NCBI RefSeq assembly: GCF_030144855.1
Contig: NC_082730.1
Coordinates: forward strand, 14,198,001-14,262,000
Source: Hypanus sabinus
Lineage: Eukaryota
DNA: 64,000 bases
Direction: 5' to 3'
Shown: in pieces, positions 39,601-52,877 of the stretch
Layout: each line of letters starts with the position of its first letter
Position numbering within the stretch: position 1 is the first letter of the stretch
The notes under the pieces: model-generated
Seen by the model: the letters and a program-made list of their open reading frames with translations, nothing else
Database searches by the model: none
What the model was told of the DNA's origin: nothing
Translations under genes and position numbers: made by a program

Positions 39601-42600
39601 TAGGATATCCAGTAGACTCCCAGCCTCCTGCACGGCTACATTTGTTGAGCTGCAGCTCCTTAGGGAGTGCGTAATGGAACTGGAGGTGCAGCTCAATGAC
39701 CTTCTCCTGTTCAGGGAAAGTGAGGAGGTGTTAGAGTGGAGATATAGGCAGGTAGTCACACTGGGGCCTCGGGAGACATATAAGTGTGTAACAGTCATGA
39801 AAGGAAAGGGCAAGAGTCAGATACTAGGGAGACCCCAGTGGCTGTCACTCTTAACAATAAGTGCTCCTGTTTGAGTACTGTTGGCGGGGAAGATGACCAA
39901 ACTGCAGGAAGCAACAGGGGCAATGCCTCTGACACAGTGTCTGGCCCTTTGGCTCAGAAGGGAAGGGAAAGAAAGTGGATGGCAGCAGTGATAGGGAACT
40001 CTATAGTTAGGGGGTCAGACAGGCGATTCTCTGGATGCAGGAAAGACACACGAATGGTAGTTTGCCTCCCAGATGCCAGGGTCCGGGATGTTTCTGATTG
40101 CATCCACCATATCCTGGTGGGAAGGTGATTAGCCACAGGTCGTGGTACACACTGGTACCAACAACAGAGGTAGAAGGGAGGTGGTCCTGAAAACAGACCA
40201 CAGGGAGTTAGGAAAGAAGCTGAGAATCAGGACCTCAAAAGTAGTAATCTTGGAATTACTGCCTGTGCCACGTGCCACTGGACATGACCTGGTTCTATTT
40301 TCACTGTTATGTTCAAAAATATTTGTTTGCATTGAATTGTTCCTTTCATCTCAAATCTGAAAATGCCTCCCTCAGTTTCAGGTGCATTGTGGGCAGAGCA
40401 GTATGTAAGAGGAGTTGTGGGAAGAGCGATCAGAATTGATTGTCACCATGAAGCGAATTACCGCTCACACGCAAAGTACTGGTGCCATGGATGGACTGTC
40501 CAATGTTCAGTTTTAGTGAAAACAAATTGGCAACATGGATGGAGTGGACGAGTGTCAATCACAGATAACCCGGAACGGGGAATATTTACTGTTACTATGA
40601 AGGATCTTCATTCTGGAGATACAGGATGGTACAGCTGTGGAATTTCAACACAAGGGACCGATCCGATGTTTAATGTACATCTACAAGTATCTGATGGTAG
40701 GTTTCTCAGTGATTGACTTTGTCCCTTCCATAAAGTAAGTGTCCAGAGTCTGTCCAACCCTCAATATCTCTGCATTCATATCAGTGCCAAATGCTCCCTG
40801 CGATATGGTAGGTCATTGGATCCAGTCACATATTAATTATCTCCTGAAAACCACCAAACAGATATCTCACATTACTGTAGAATTATAAGACCAGTTTTCA
40901 TTAGGAGATTTAATTTACATCTCCAAGTAAAGTAAATATTTCATGATCTTGGTACCCACCCTGTTCATCCCTCACTATCTCTGCATTAACATCAATGCCA
41001 CATGTTTCCTTCACTAAACCCAGTCACAATATCATTTTATCCTGAAAGGCAGCAAACACGTGACAGATATCTCACATTACTGTCTTTAAACAAGCAGGGA
41101 CCGCTTTATTTGGTACCTCCTGTACCTAATAAAGTGGCCAATGATTGGATATTCCTGGTCTTCTGCTTCTGTGGCCCATCCTCTTGAAGGTTCGATATGT
41201 TGTATTTCCAGATGCTCTTCTACATACCACTGTCATAACACATGGTTATTTGAATTCCTGTCAACTTTCTGTCAGCTTGAACCAATCTGGCCTTTCTCCT
41301 CTGATCTCTCTCTTTAACAAGGTATCTTGTTCACAGAATTGCCGCTCACTGGATTTTTTTATGTTGTTCACATCATTCTCTGTAAACTCTAGAGACCTTT
41401 GTGGGTGAAAAATCCCAGAAGATTAGTAGTTTCTGAGATTATCTAATGACAGCATCTGGCCCCAACAATTATTTCATGGTCAAAGTCACTTAGATTACCT
41501 TCCTTCCTCATTCTCATGTCTGGCCTAAACAAAGACAGAACCTCTTGCCTACGTCTACATCCTTATATGGACTGTATTGCTGCCACATGATTGACTAATT
41601 AGATATTTGCATTAATGAGCAGGTGAACAGGTGTATGTAATAAAGTGGCAGAAGAGTGTTTGATTTTCAGATGTTCATTCAGTGTCTGAATGTTTAATTG
41701 TTTCCTGCAGAACCCGTATCTGTTCCTGTGCTTCGATACCTGTCACCAGCAAGTGTCTCACGTCTCGGGGGCTCAGTGTCAGTTTCCTGTGAGTCCCTCC
41801 AGGGATCCCTTCCCATTCAGTACAGCTGGTATGAACAAACCTCATCTGGGTATTACAAGATCTCAGACACCAATGAACTGGCTCTGCATTGTCAATCATT
41901 CAACCACAAGCACCATCAATATTACTGCAGTGCCTCGAATCAGCTTGGAGCAAGATCCAGTGGAATAGTTAAAGTGACAGTCTTCAACAACAGAGAAATC
42001 TGCAGTTATGTGACAGAAATCAATGACACCAGTAAGTCCTCCTTTCAAAGGAGGAAACATTTAAATGTTTCTTTTTGTAACTCTGTTACTGCTGCTCTTA
42101 TACTTCTAGTGTGGGTACAGAACTTCTTTACATTTGTAGAAGCTACTCATTGCAGCCTCCATGGGGTAGAAATAAAGTGCAGTGAACAGTTAAGTCCATC
42201 ACTTCCTCAATGAAGATGTGGATCATCTCGAACAAATTTGGAATTGCACATTCAGACAAATTGATAGCATTCCCTTCATACTTCTGGCTTCCGCTTTGAA
42301 AAGGCCAGAATCAGTTTTGAGTTGTGAGACAATGACACCCATAAAAACAAAAGGAAGGACAGGTCTGCAGGTAGATTGTGACCAGGACCAGATGGACTGC
42401 ACCCCGCCATACTGAAAGACTTTGTGGTGGCATTAGTGATAAGAACTAGATTCTGGAATGTTCTGGAGGACTGCAAATTTGAAAGTGTCATTCCACTCTT
42501 TAAGCAGGAAGGGAGGCAAAAAAAAAATTATAGACCAATTAGCATGACATCAGTGGTTGGGAAGATGTTGGAGTCCATTATTAAGAACACGTTTTTTCTT

Positions 42601-45600
42601 CACAAATATCCATGAAAACAGAGGGGTGGCCCAAAGAATGAATGATAATTAAACACTGGAACCCCAAAGTCCCACCCCCCATCTCCCCACTCCGATACAC
42701 AAGCAGTGGCAAGGCAATGACCCCCTACCCCACACAAGTTAAAAAAAGCACCAGCAGCCTCCACCGGGCACTCAAGCACGCAGCAAAGTATCAATAAAGA
42801 CACAGACTTGCAGAACCCCAAAGACTACTCGTTCACCTAGCTATTCAATTCACTGCAGGGTCTCTCTCTCGCTAATAAGGGAAAAAGAGGTGTCCCCATA
42901 TGTCAGTGAAAGGGGACACACAAGGAACAAGTCGTTGATTTACAATGTTAAATGTAAATGTAAATGTCACTAGTTCCGAGCTCTGTGCCCAGAGAGTCGG
43001 CCCCAGGGCTCAGGTCTCAGGACACACAGCCAGCAGCTAACCTACTGCTCCCGATGTTCCGTGTTCTCCAGTGATGCCTCAGTCGGGGGCACCGGCCTAG
43101 AAACAGCCTGTCACCAGAGCCATGAAATTCCAGCACCCTGAATGCACACTCGTCTTCCAGGCCGCGTCCTTGGGTATCAAGGCCGCTCGTGAGGCTCCGA
43201 TAGCGGGTCCCATTCCCACAGATATACAAAGTCAGAGTCAGAGCCTTCAAAAGAACCTTGATAAGGAAATAAAGCATATAGCACAAAAAGAAACAGAGCC
43301 ATTTCAGAAGGTGCAAGTAAACTGGTAATGTTACAGCTATATAGGACCCAGTTCAGACCCCACTTGGAGTACTGTGCTCAGATCTGGTCACCACACTACA
43401 GGAAGCATGTGGACACCATAGAAAGCGTGTAGAGGAGACTTACATGGATGTTGCCTGGATTGGGAGCATGCATTATGAGAATAGGTTGAGTGAACTCGAT
43501 CTTTTCTCCTTGGAGTGGCGGAGGATGAGAGGTGACCTGATAGAGGTGTATAAGATGATGAGAGGCATTGATCTTGTGGATAGTTGGAGGCTTTTTCCTA
43601 GGTCTGAAATGGCTACCATGAGAGGGGACAGTTCTAAGTTTCTTGGAAGCAGGTACAAAGGCGATATCAGGGCAGAGAGTAGTGAGTGAGTGGAATGGGC
43701 TGCTGGTGACAGTGATGGATAGGGTCTTTTAAGAGACTCCTGGACAGGTGCATGTAACCCTAGGTAATTTCTAAAGTATGTACATGTTCAGCATAGCATT
43801 GTGGGCCAAAGGGCCTGTACTATGCTGTAGGTTTTCTATGTTTCCATGTTTCAAAGCAGTTGCTGTTTAGCACCATCTTGACTTTGTTCCATCCTCCGAG
43901 TCCATTGTTAAGAACAAGATTTTGAATTACTTGGAGGTACTTGATAAAACATGGTTTCCATATGGGGGAATCTTGTCTGAGAAATCATCCTCAGAAAGCA
44001 AGGACGTCCTTTTACTTATTTACCGATAGAGTGCAGAGCAGGTCCTTCTGACCGTTCAAGCCACACAGGCCCAGCAACCCTTGACAAACCTGATTAACGA
44101 TATCCAAATCACAGCACAATCTACAAAGACCAATTAATCTTTCTGACAGCTTTAAATAAAACATTTTTAATTTTAGACTATTCTTTATATTGTATTTTCA
44201 TTGTTGTCCATCAGATCCAGAGTAACAATGATTTTGTTCTCCTTTACACTTGTGTACAGGAAATATGATGAAACAATCTTGAATCTTGAATCTGCTTGTG
44301 TAAATTTGATTTTACCTGTCCATTTTCTGAAGAATTTCTCTCTCAGTTTCAGGTGCTTTATGGGCAGAAGATCAAGTGAGAGGAGTTGTGGGAAGAGCGG
44401 TCACAATCGATTGTCACTATGCACCAATGTACCGCTCACACACAAAGTACTGGTATCCAACGTGGGATCGCCAACAGATATTGTCAGTGAATGCAAATGG
44501 GCAAAATGAGCTTCATGGAAGAATGACAATCAGAGATAACACATCCCTGGGAATATTTACTGTTACTATGGAGAATCTTGTCTATCAAGATAGAGGATAT
44601 TACAAATGTGGAATTACAACATCTGTAAATCATCCAACCTTTGACATTTTAGTACAAATTTCTAGCGGTAAGTTTCTCGTATATTGACTTAATGTCTCCA
44701 CTGAAATGTCTGATTCATGTTTTCCCTGGTTGGAGTGAGGGCAACATGGATATCCGGAGTCTCCACAGTGGGGCAGAGTCCTGTGTGTTGTGGGCTAGGA
44801 ATGGGGAATCCCCTCTCATGATGCTCTTATTCAGTGCGGGGTCTGATCCACTGATGGGACACCGATTTCCAGTGGGAGGTTCAACACATTTTCCTGCCTC
44901 TGAACTGTGTAAAATTTCACCCTGTCAGAGGTTTCAATTCAGACCAAAACAAATAGTCTGATGTTAATAAGTCGATGGAAACAAGTGTTTCTCATGGTGT
45001 GAACACCTTGAAATTCATAAAAAGGGAATCAGTTCCAGAGCTATCCAGACTGCATTCAGTTCTCCCACAGCAGGCTTTCCCACTACCCATCCCTGCTTCA
45101 TAGATCAGTCACTTCCCCCTCTACCACACGTTGACTCTCTTTGCCTCTGTCTATCTGCTCTAGGAATCCACTCCCCACCACCCACTGACCATCTACTTCC
45201 CAGCAGCCAGCCTCTACACCAGCCCAGTCCCGGTGAGAAATAGAGCAATGGAATTAAGAGAACATGGGACACAGTCCAGCACAAGAATAGACTCTTTGGT
45301 TCACTGACCATGATTCCATTTTATTGCATTGGTCCATATCCATTCACTCCCTCCCTTTTCATGTCCTTGTACAAAAACCTCTTAAATATTGTGATAATAT
45401 CCCTTTCCACCAGTCAGTCTGACTATATGTTCCATACAGTCGGCACCCTCAGTGTAAAAAAAACTTGTCTCACAAATGTCCTTTAAAATTTCCCCTGATC
45501 ACCTTAAAACTATACTCACTATTATTTGATATTTTAACCCTGAGAAAAAAAGGTCCAGACTATCTTCCCTATCTCTGACTTCTATAATTTTATAAACTTC

Positions 45601-48600
45601 TATCAGGAATCCCCTCAGCCTCCGACACTCCAGCAAAAAGAATCCAAGTTTTTCCAACTTCTGTCCATGGCTAATACACACCAATCCAGGTAACTATGTA
45701 TTTATTGATCAATTGATTGAATGAGATATACCGTGGATTATGCCCTTCAAGCATTGCTGTCCAACAATATCCAGATTTAGTCCTAGACTAATCATGAGAC
45801 AATTTACAGTGATCATTTAACCTACCACTGGTAGGTCTTTGGACTGTGTAACGAAACTGGAATTTAAATTCCAGGTGAAGTCAATCTTCCCTAATGTATC
45901 AGGAGTATCTGAGGGCACTGGGCCTGTATTCGTTGGTGTTTAGAAGATTGAAGGAGGATCTTGTGGAAAGTTATCAAGCATTGAAAAGCCCAGTGGATGT
46001 GGAGAGGAGGTTTCCTACAGTGCGAGCATCTAGGACAGGAGGGCATAGACTCAGAATCGAAGGATGTCCTTGAACAGAGAGATGAGGGGGACTTTCTTTA
46101 ACCAAAAGCTGGTGAATCTGTGGAATTCATTACCACAGGCAGTTATGGAGGCCAAATCATTGGGTATATTTAAAGCAGAGGTTGATTCTTAATGGCATCA
46201 AATTCTACAAAGAGAAGGCAGGAAAATAGATAAAGAGGGCTAATAAAGCAGACATGATTGAATGGTGAAGCAGACCTAATGGACAGATTGGTCTAATTCT
46301 GCTTCTATATCTTATGGTCTTATGGCCTATGGTCTTTCTAGTTCTCGAGGCACATATGATTTCTTATTGGCTTCACATAGATATCAATATTCATGGGTCC
46401 CCTTGTCACTGTCAGTCACTGAAACCAATAACAATTATACTCTGTCCCAAAAGTCATCATTCATTTTGTACATATCTGACAATTGCCTGCTTTATCATGA
46501 TGGGGAGATTTCCAGGACACACACAAATGTTGCCATTCCAACGTCAAACAGTTAGGTGACTCTGGACTGTCTCCTTGATGCTGAGAGAGATGGTAACTCT
46601 GATTTCCACACTGACACATACACAGTGTCATCACTGCTGTCCTGATCTGGAGTCCTGCAGAAATGGCAGTTCAGGCAGATGCGAGGCTGCAGAGTCACAG
46701 AGAGGTAAATGAGCTGCTGAGATTCCAAACTGGTTGCTCCTTGTCAAGATACAGAACTGCTGAAATCGTTAGTGTGTTTGATTTTCAGATGTTCACTGAT
46801 TCTTTTCCACAGAACACATGTCTGTTCCTTTGCTTCAATTTTTACCACCAACAAGTGGGTCAAGTTGTGGGGACTCCGTGTCAGTGTCTTGTGAGTCTGG
46901 TTTGCACATCACAGGGCAGAGAGAGTGTAACTATGATTCAGACTGATGTCTATGCATTTGTACCGAACTGTAACCATCTACTCATCATCTAAGTGATTTA
47001 GATGAAGGGATTAAAAGTAACATTAGCAAATTTGCTGATGACACAAAGCTAGGTGGCAGTGTGAAATGTCAGGAGGATGTTATGAGAATGCAGGGTGACT
47101 TCGACAGGTTGGGCGAGAGGGCAAATGTATTGCAGATGTAGTTTAATGTGGATAAATGTGAGGTTATCCACTTTGTTGGCAAGAACAGGAAGGCAGATTA
47201 CTATCTAAATGGAGTCAAATTAGGAAAAGGGGAAGTACAATGAGATCTAGGTGTTCTTGTACATCAGTTAAAGAAAGCAAGCATGCAAGTACAGCAGGCA
47301 GTGAAGAAAGCTAATGGCATGCTGGCCCTTATAACAAGAGAAATTAAGTGTTGGAGTAAAGAGATCTTTCTGCAGCTGTACAGGGCCCTGGTGAGACCCC
47401 ACCTGGAGTATTGTGTGCAGTTTTGGTCTCCAAATTTGAGGTAGGACATTCTTGCTATTGAGGGAGTGCAGTGTAGGTTCACAAGGTTAATTCCCAGAAT
47501 GGCGGGACTGTTATATGGTGAAAGATTGGAGCGACTGGGCTTGTATACACTGGAATTTAGAAGGATGAGAGGGGATCTGATTGAAAAATATAAGATTATT
47601 AAGGGATTGGACACGCTGGAGGCAAGGATGTATGTTCCCGCTGATGGGTGAGTCCAGAACTAGAGGCCAAAGTTTAAGAATAAGAGGTAGGACATTAAGA
47701 ACAAAGATGCAGAACAACTTTTTCACCCAGAGAGTGGTGGATATGTGGAATGCCCTGCCCCGGAAGGCAGTGGAGGCCAAGTCTCTAGATGCATTCAAGA
47801 GAGAGTTAGATAGAGCTCTTATAGATAGTGGGGTCAAGGGATATGGGGAGAGGGCAGGAACGGGGTACTGATTGTGTATGATCAGCCATGATCACAGTGA
47901 ATGGCGGTACTGGCTAGAAAGGCCGAATGGCCTACTCCTGCACCTACTGTCTATTGTCTATTGTCTACTCCAGACCATTAAAGAATGTCAGATGATCAGA
48001 CTGAAAAATAGAAAATCTACACCATCTGCACCCAACAATTATTTCATGGTCAAGGTCACTTAGATCACCTTTTTTCCTCATTCTCATGTCTGGCCTAAAC
48101 AAAGACAGAACTTCTTGCCTATGTCTGCATCTTTATATGGACTGTATTGCTGCCGCATGATTGACTAATTAGATATTTGCATTAATGAGCAGGTGAACTG
48201 GGGTACCTAATAAAATGGCAGAAGAGTGTTTGATTTTCAGATGTTCAATCAGTGTCTGAATGTTTAATTCTTTCCCACAGAACCCGTGTCTGTTCCTGTG
48301 CTTCAATATCTGTCACCAGCAAATGTCTCACGTCTCGGGGGCTCAGTGTCAGTTTCCTGTGAGTCCCTCCAGGGATCCCTTCCCATTCAGTACAGCTGGT
48401 ATGAACAAACCTCATCTGGGTATCGAAAGGTATCAGGCACCAATGAACTGGCTCTGCATTGTCAATCATTCAACCAGCAGCACCATCAATATTACTGCAG
48501 AGCCTCGAATCAGCATGGAGCAAAATTCAGCAGAATAGTTAAAGTGACAGTTTTCAACAACGGAGAGATCTGCAGTTACGTGACCGAAATCAATGGCACC

Positions 48601-51600
48601 AGTAAGTCCTCCTTTCAAGGGAGGATACATTTAACTATGTCTTTTTGTTACTGCTGCTCTTATACTTCTATTGAGGGTGAGGAATTTCTTTACAGGGTAG
48701 ACAGGGTAGATCTTGTCAACATCATTTATAGTTGTAACATATCATTCCAACTGTAGTTAATGCCCCATCCAGAGAAGGCAAGCTAGTCTTATTCCTTGTT
48801 CAACACTTTGGACAATCAACAAAGACCGATTAATCTTTCCAGTATGTCTTTAGAATGTGGGCGGAAACGGGGCTACCCCGGGGAAACACCACACATTCCA
48901 CATGTACAACGAACAGAGTCCGTTCATTAAAACGGAGATGAGGAGGAATTTATTTAGCCAGAGGGTGTTGAATCTGTGGAATTACTTATCACAGACGGCT
49001 TTTGAGGCCAAGTCATTGGGTATATTGAAAATGGAGCACAATAGTTTCATGTTTAGTAAATACATCACAGATTATGGAGAGAAATCAGGAGAATGGGATT
49101 GAGTGGGATAATAATTCAGCCATGATGGACTGGTGGGGCAGACTCTATGGGAAAAATGGTTTAATTCTGCTCCTGTGTCTTATGGTTATCACTAGCTTTA
49201 GAATTCCGTGAACAGTCCAAGTAAATTATTGACCACTGAAACGGAGTTTCAGACAGCTGATTGAAATACCTCACTCACTTTGAGATATGGGAAGGGAAAT
49301 TGAGTCTATGTACAGATATGAACAAGTCTGCTGCATTTCATGGCTGTGAACAGGATAATAAAATTTCAAAATTCATGCAAAACTGTGTAAGAATGTTAGT
49401 CCTATGCGAAGGATGGACAAGTCTTCTGCTTGCTGCTCCACGAAGTTAACCTGTCTCTGTGCTGAACTGAGCCAATGGCCTGTACAGTAATTAACGGCTC
49501 CTTCACTGGCTGCTGTGATGACTGGCTTTGTGGCTGTGGGCTCACATTTATGAATTTCAGTTAAGAATCTACTTACTCACTTTAATTTTTTGCATGATTT
49601 ATTTTTTACTACACATTGTGCATTTGACAGTGTTTATTAATGGATTCTACAGTTTTTTTTGTTTTGCAGCTGCTTGTAAAGAGAAAATCTGAAGGCTGAA
49701 TATAGTATTCATACTTTGTCATTAAATGTACTTACAATTTTGAAATTGAACTGCAATATGATTGGCTGTGATCCAATAAGCTGTCACACCAATGCAATAA
49801 AATAGAATTCTGATTCTAACCTTTCAGAAGTGTGTTACAATTTAGAGAGGATGCAGCAGAGTCATAGAGATATTGGTTGAGGAAACAGGTGCTTCGGCCC
49901 AAATCGTCCATGCTGACCCCAGTGTCTTCCTGAGCTTCTCCCATTTCCTCTCAATTGGCTGGTATCCTTCTAAAGCTTTCCTGTCCATGAACTTGTCCAA
50001 ATCTATTTGAAACGTTGTATGTGTTCCCACCTCTGGCACTTCCTCTGGCAGCCTTTTCCACATACACACTGCTCTGTGTGGAAAACTCCGCCCCTCCAAG
50101 ACTATCCCCTCTCACTTTAAACCGAGGCTCTTTAGTTTCCGACTCCGCTAACCTGGGATAAAGTCCGTGATTATCCACCATACCATTGCCTCTTAATTTG
50201 CAAACCTTTATCAAGTCACCCCTCAGCTGTGTTCACTTCAGGGAAAACTGTCCCAGCCTATTGATAACCCAAACCCTCCAATCACAGTAGCATCTTTGTG
50301 AATGTTTTCTGTACCTTGTCTAATTTAATCACACTCTTCCTCTGGAACTACACAGAGTAGACAAGGTGAGATCTGGTTAACATCCTTTATAGTCGTAACA
50401 TCTCATTCCAACTGTACTTAATGCCCCATCCAAAGAATGCAAGCCGGTCTTATTCCTTGTTCAACACTTCCCCACCTGTGTTGTCACTTTCAGGGCCCAA
50501 TGTAGTTGCACTTCTTTTTCCCTGCAGTGTAAGTTGTGCCTTTGCTTAATTTCCCAAAATGCATCACGTCACTCTGCATGAGTTCAATTCCATCACCTGT
50601 TCCATTGGCCACTTTCCTAGTTCAAAGTTCAAAGTAATTTTATTACCAAACTATGTATACCATAAACAATCTAGAGATTCATCTTTTCGCAGATACCCAC
50701 AAGACAAAGTAACACAATAGAATCCATGACAAACCACGCACAACAATGACTGACAAATATCTACTGTGCAAAAGAGGATGAATGGAACAAATAATAAAAA
50801 TATGTAAACAATTAATACGTGGAACATGAGACGCAGAGTCGCCGAAAGTGAGTCCCGAGCTGCGGAGTCAGTTCAGCACTGAGATGAGTGAAGCCAATCC
50901 AGGAACCCGATAGCTGCAGATCGCCAAGTGCTGACAAACCTGGTGGTGTGGGCCCCAGGACTCCGGCACCTCCCAACTGATGGTAGTAACGACAAGAGAG
51001 GGAGACGGGTCAAATGCAGGCAGATGGAACAGGCCCAACTGATGGTCGTTGCTGGCACAGAGTAACGGGCTGAACACTGGATCATTTTCCAGGTCACTTT
51101 GAAAACTTTGACAAGATTTGCCATGCACAAAATCATGTTGACTATCCCAGATCAGATCTTACCTTTTCAAATTCAGTTAGATCCTGTCTCACACAATTGC
51201 CTCCAGTAAGTTATCCACCACTGACCTTGGGCTCACCTTATTAGAATGGGACTGGATCAGGAATCTATTGACTCAGAAATGTGGAAACACACTGAGACAT
51301 TAGTGGGCACTGACAATGATCACTCCAATCAAATCTAAATCATTACTTGTGAAGAGCTGTGAGTTTGTGATGAGGGATGATGCTGTTGTCTTCTCAGTCT
51401 ATGTGGAATTCAATTATACCAATCGATAGTGTAACAGATTCCTTAGTACACAGCGACAGCTTTAAATAAAACATCCTTAGATTTACTCTATGTAGTGTTT
51501 TTTTTTGTTCTTCATTGGATCCAGAGTAATAATGATTTTGTTCTCCTTTACACTTGTGTACAGGAAATAAGATTAAACAATCTTGAATCTTGAATCTGCT

Positions 51601-52845
51601 TGTGTAAATTTAATTTTACCTGTCCATTTAATGAAGAATTTCTCTCTCAGTTTCAGGTGCTTTATGGGCAGAAGATCAAGTAAGAGGAGTTGTGGGAAGA
51701 GCGGTCACAATCAATTGTCACTATGCACCAATGTACCGTTCACACACAAAGTACTGGTATCCAACGTGGGATCGCAAACAGACATTGTCAGTGAATGCAA
51801 ATGGGCAAAATGAGCTTCATGGAAGAATGACGATCAGAGATAACACATCCCTGGGAATATTTACTGTTACTATGGAGAATCTTGTCTCTGAAGAGAGAGG
51901 AAATTACAGATGTGGAATTACAACATCTGGCAATCATCCAACCTTTGACATTTTTGTAGAAATTTCTAACGGTAGGTTTTTCATATATTGACTTGATGTC
52001 TCCACTGAAATGCCTGATTCATGTTCTCCCTGCTCGGAGTTAGGGCAACACGGATATCCGGATGGTCCACAGTGGGGCAGAGTCCTGTGGGTTGTGGGCT
52101 AGGAATGGGGAATCCCCTCTCATGATGCTCTCATTCAGTGCGGGGTCTGATCCACTGATGGGACACCTATTGCCAGTGGGAGGCTCAGCGCATTTCCCTG
52201 CCTCTGATCTGCATGAAATTTCAACCTGTCAGAGATTCAGACTTAAACTAGTAATCTGATGTTAATGGGTCGAAGAGAAACAAGTGCTTCTCTTAGTATA
52301 AATACCTGGAAATTTATAAACAGGGAATCAGTTCCAGAGCTAAACAGACTTCATTCAGTTCTCCCACAGCAGGCTTTTCCACTACCCATCCCTGCTTCAT
52401 GGATCAGTCACTCCCCCCTCTACCACACGCTGACTCTCTTTGTCTCTGTCAATGTGCTCCAGGAATCCTCTCCCCAGCACCCACTGACCATCTACTTCCC
52501 AGCAACCCGCCTCTACACCAGCCCAGTCCTGATGAGAAATAGAGCAATGGAATTAGAGAGAACTTGGGACACAGTTCAGCACAAGAATAGACTCTTTGGT
52601 TCTCTGGCCATGATTCTGTTGTATTGCATTGGTCCATATCCCTTCACTCCCTCCCTTTTCATGTCCTTGTACAAAAACCTCTTAAATATTGTGATAATAT
52701 CCTTTTCCTCCAGCCGGTCTGACTGAATGTTCCATGCAGTCACCACCCTCAGTGTAAAAATCCCCTCAGCTTCCTATACTCCAGCAAAAAAATGTTTTTC
52801 CTACTTCTGTCCATGGCTAATACACTCCAGTCCAGGTAGCTATGT

Positions 52846-52877
<32 letters not shown>

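Noticed and set aside
41145-41408. ORF MDIPGLLLLWPILLKV... looks like a signal peptide between V1 and C2
   Set aside because: It lies within the Tc1-derived repeat and has no suitable donor; the hydrophobicity is coincidental.
41661-41710. Conserved upstream ttttcag acceptor before the C2 exons as an alternative splice site
   Set aside because: Its use frameshifts C2A or introduces an immediate TGA in C2B; treated only as evidence of shared ancestry.
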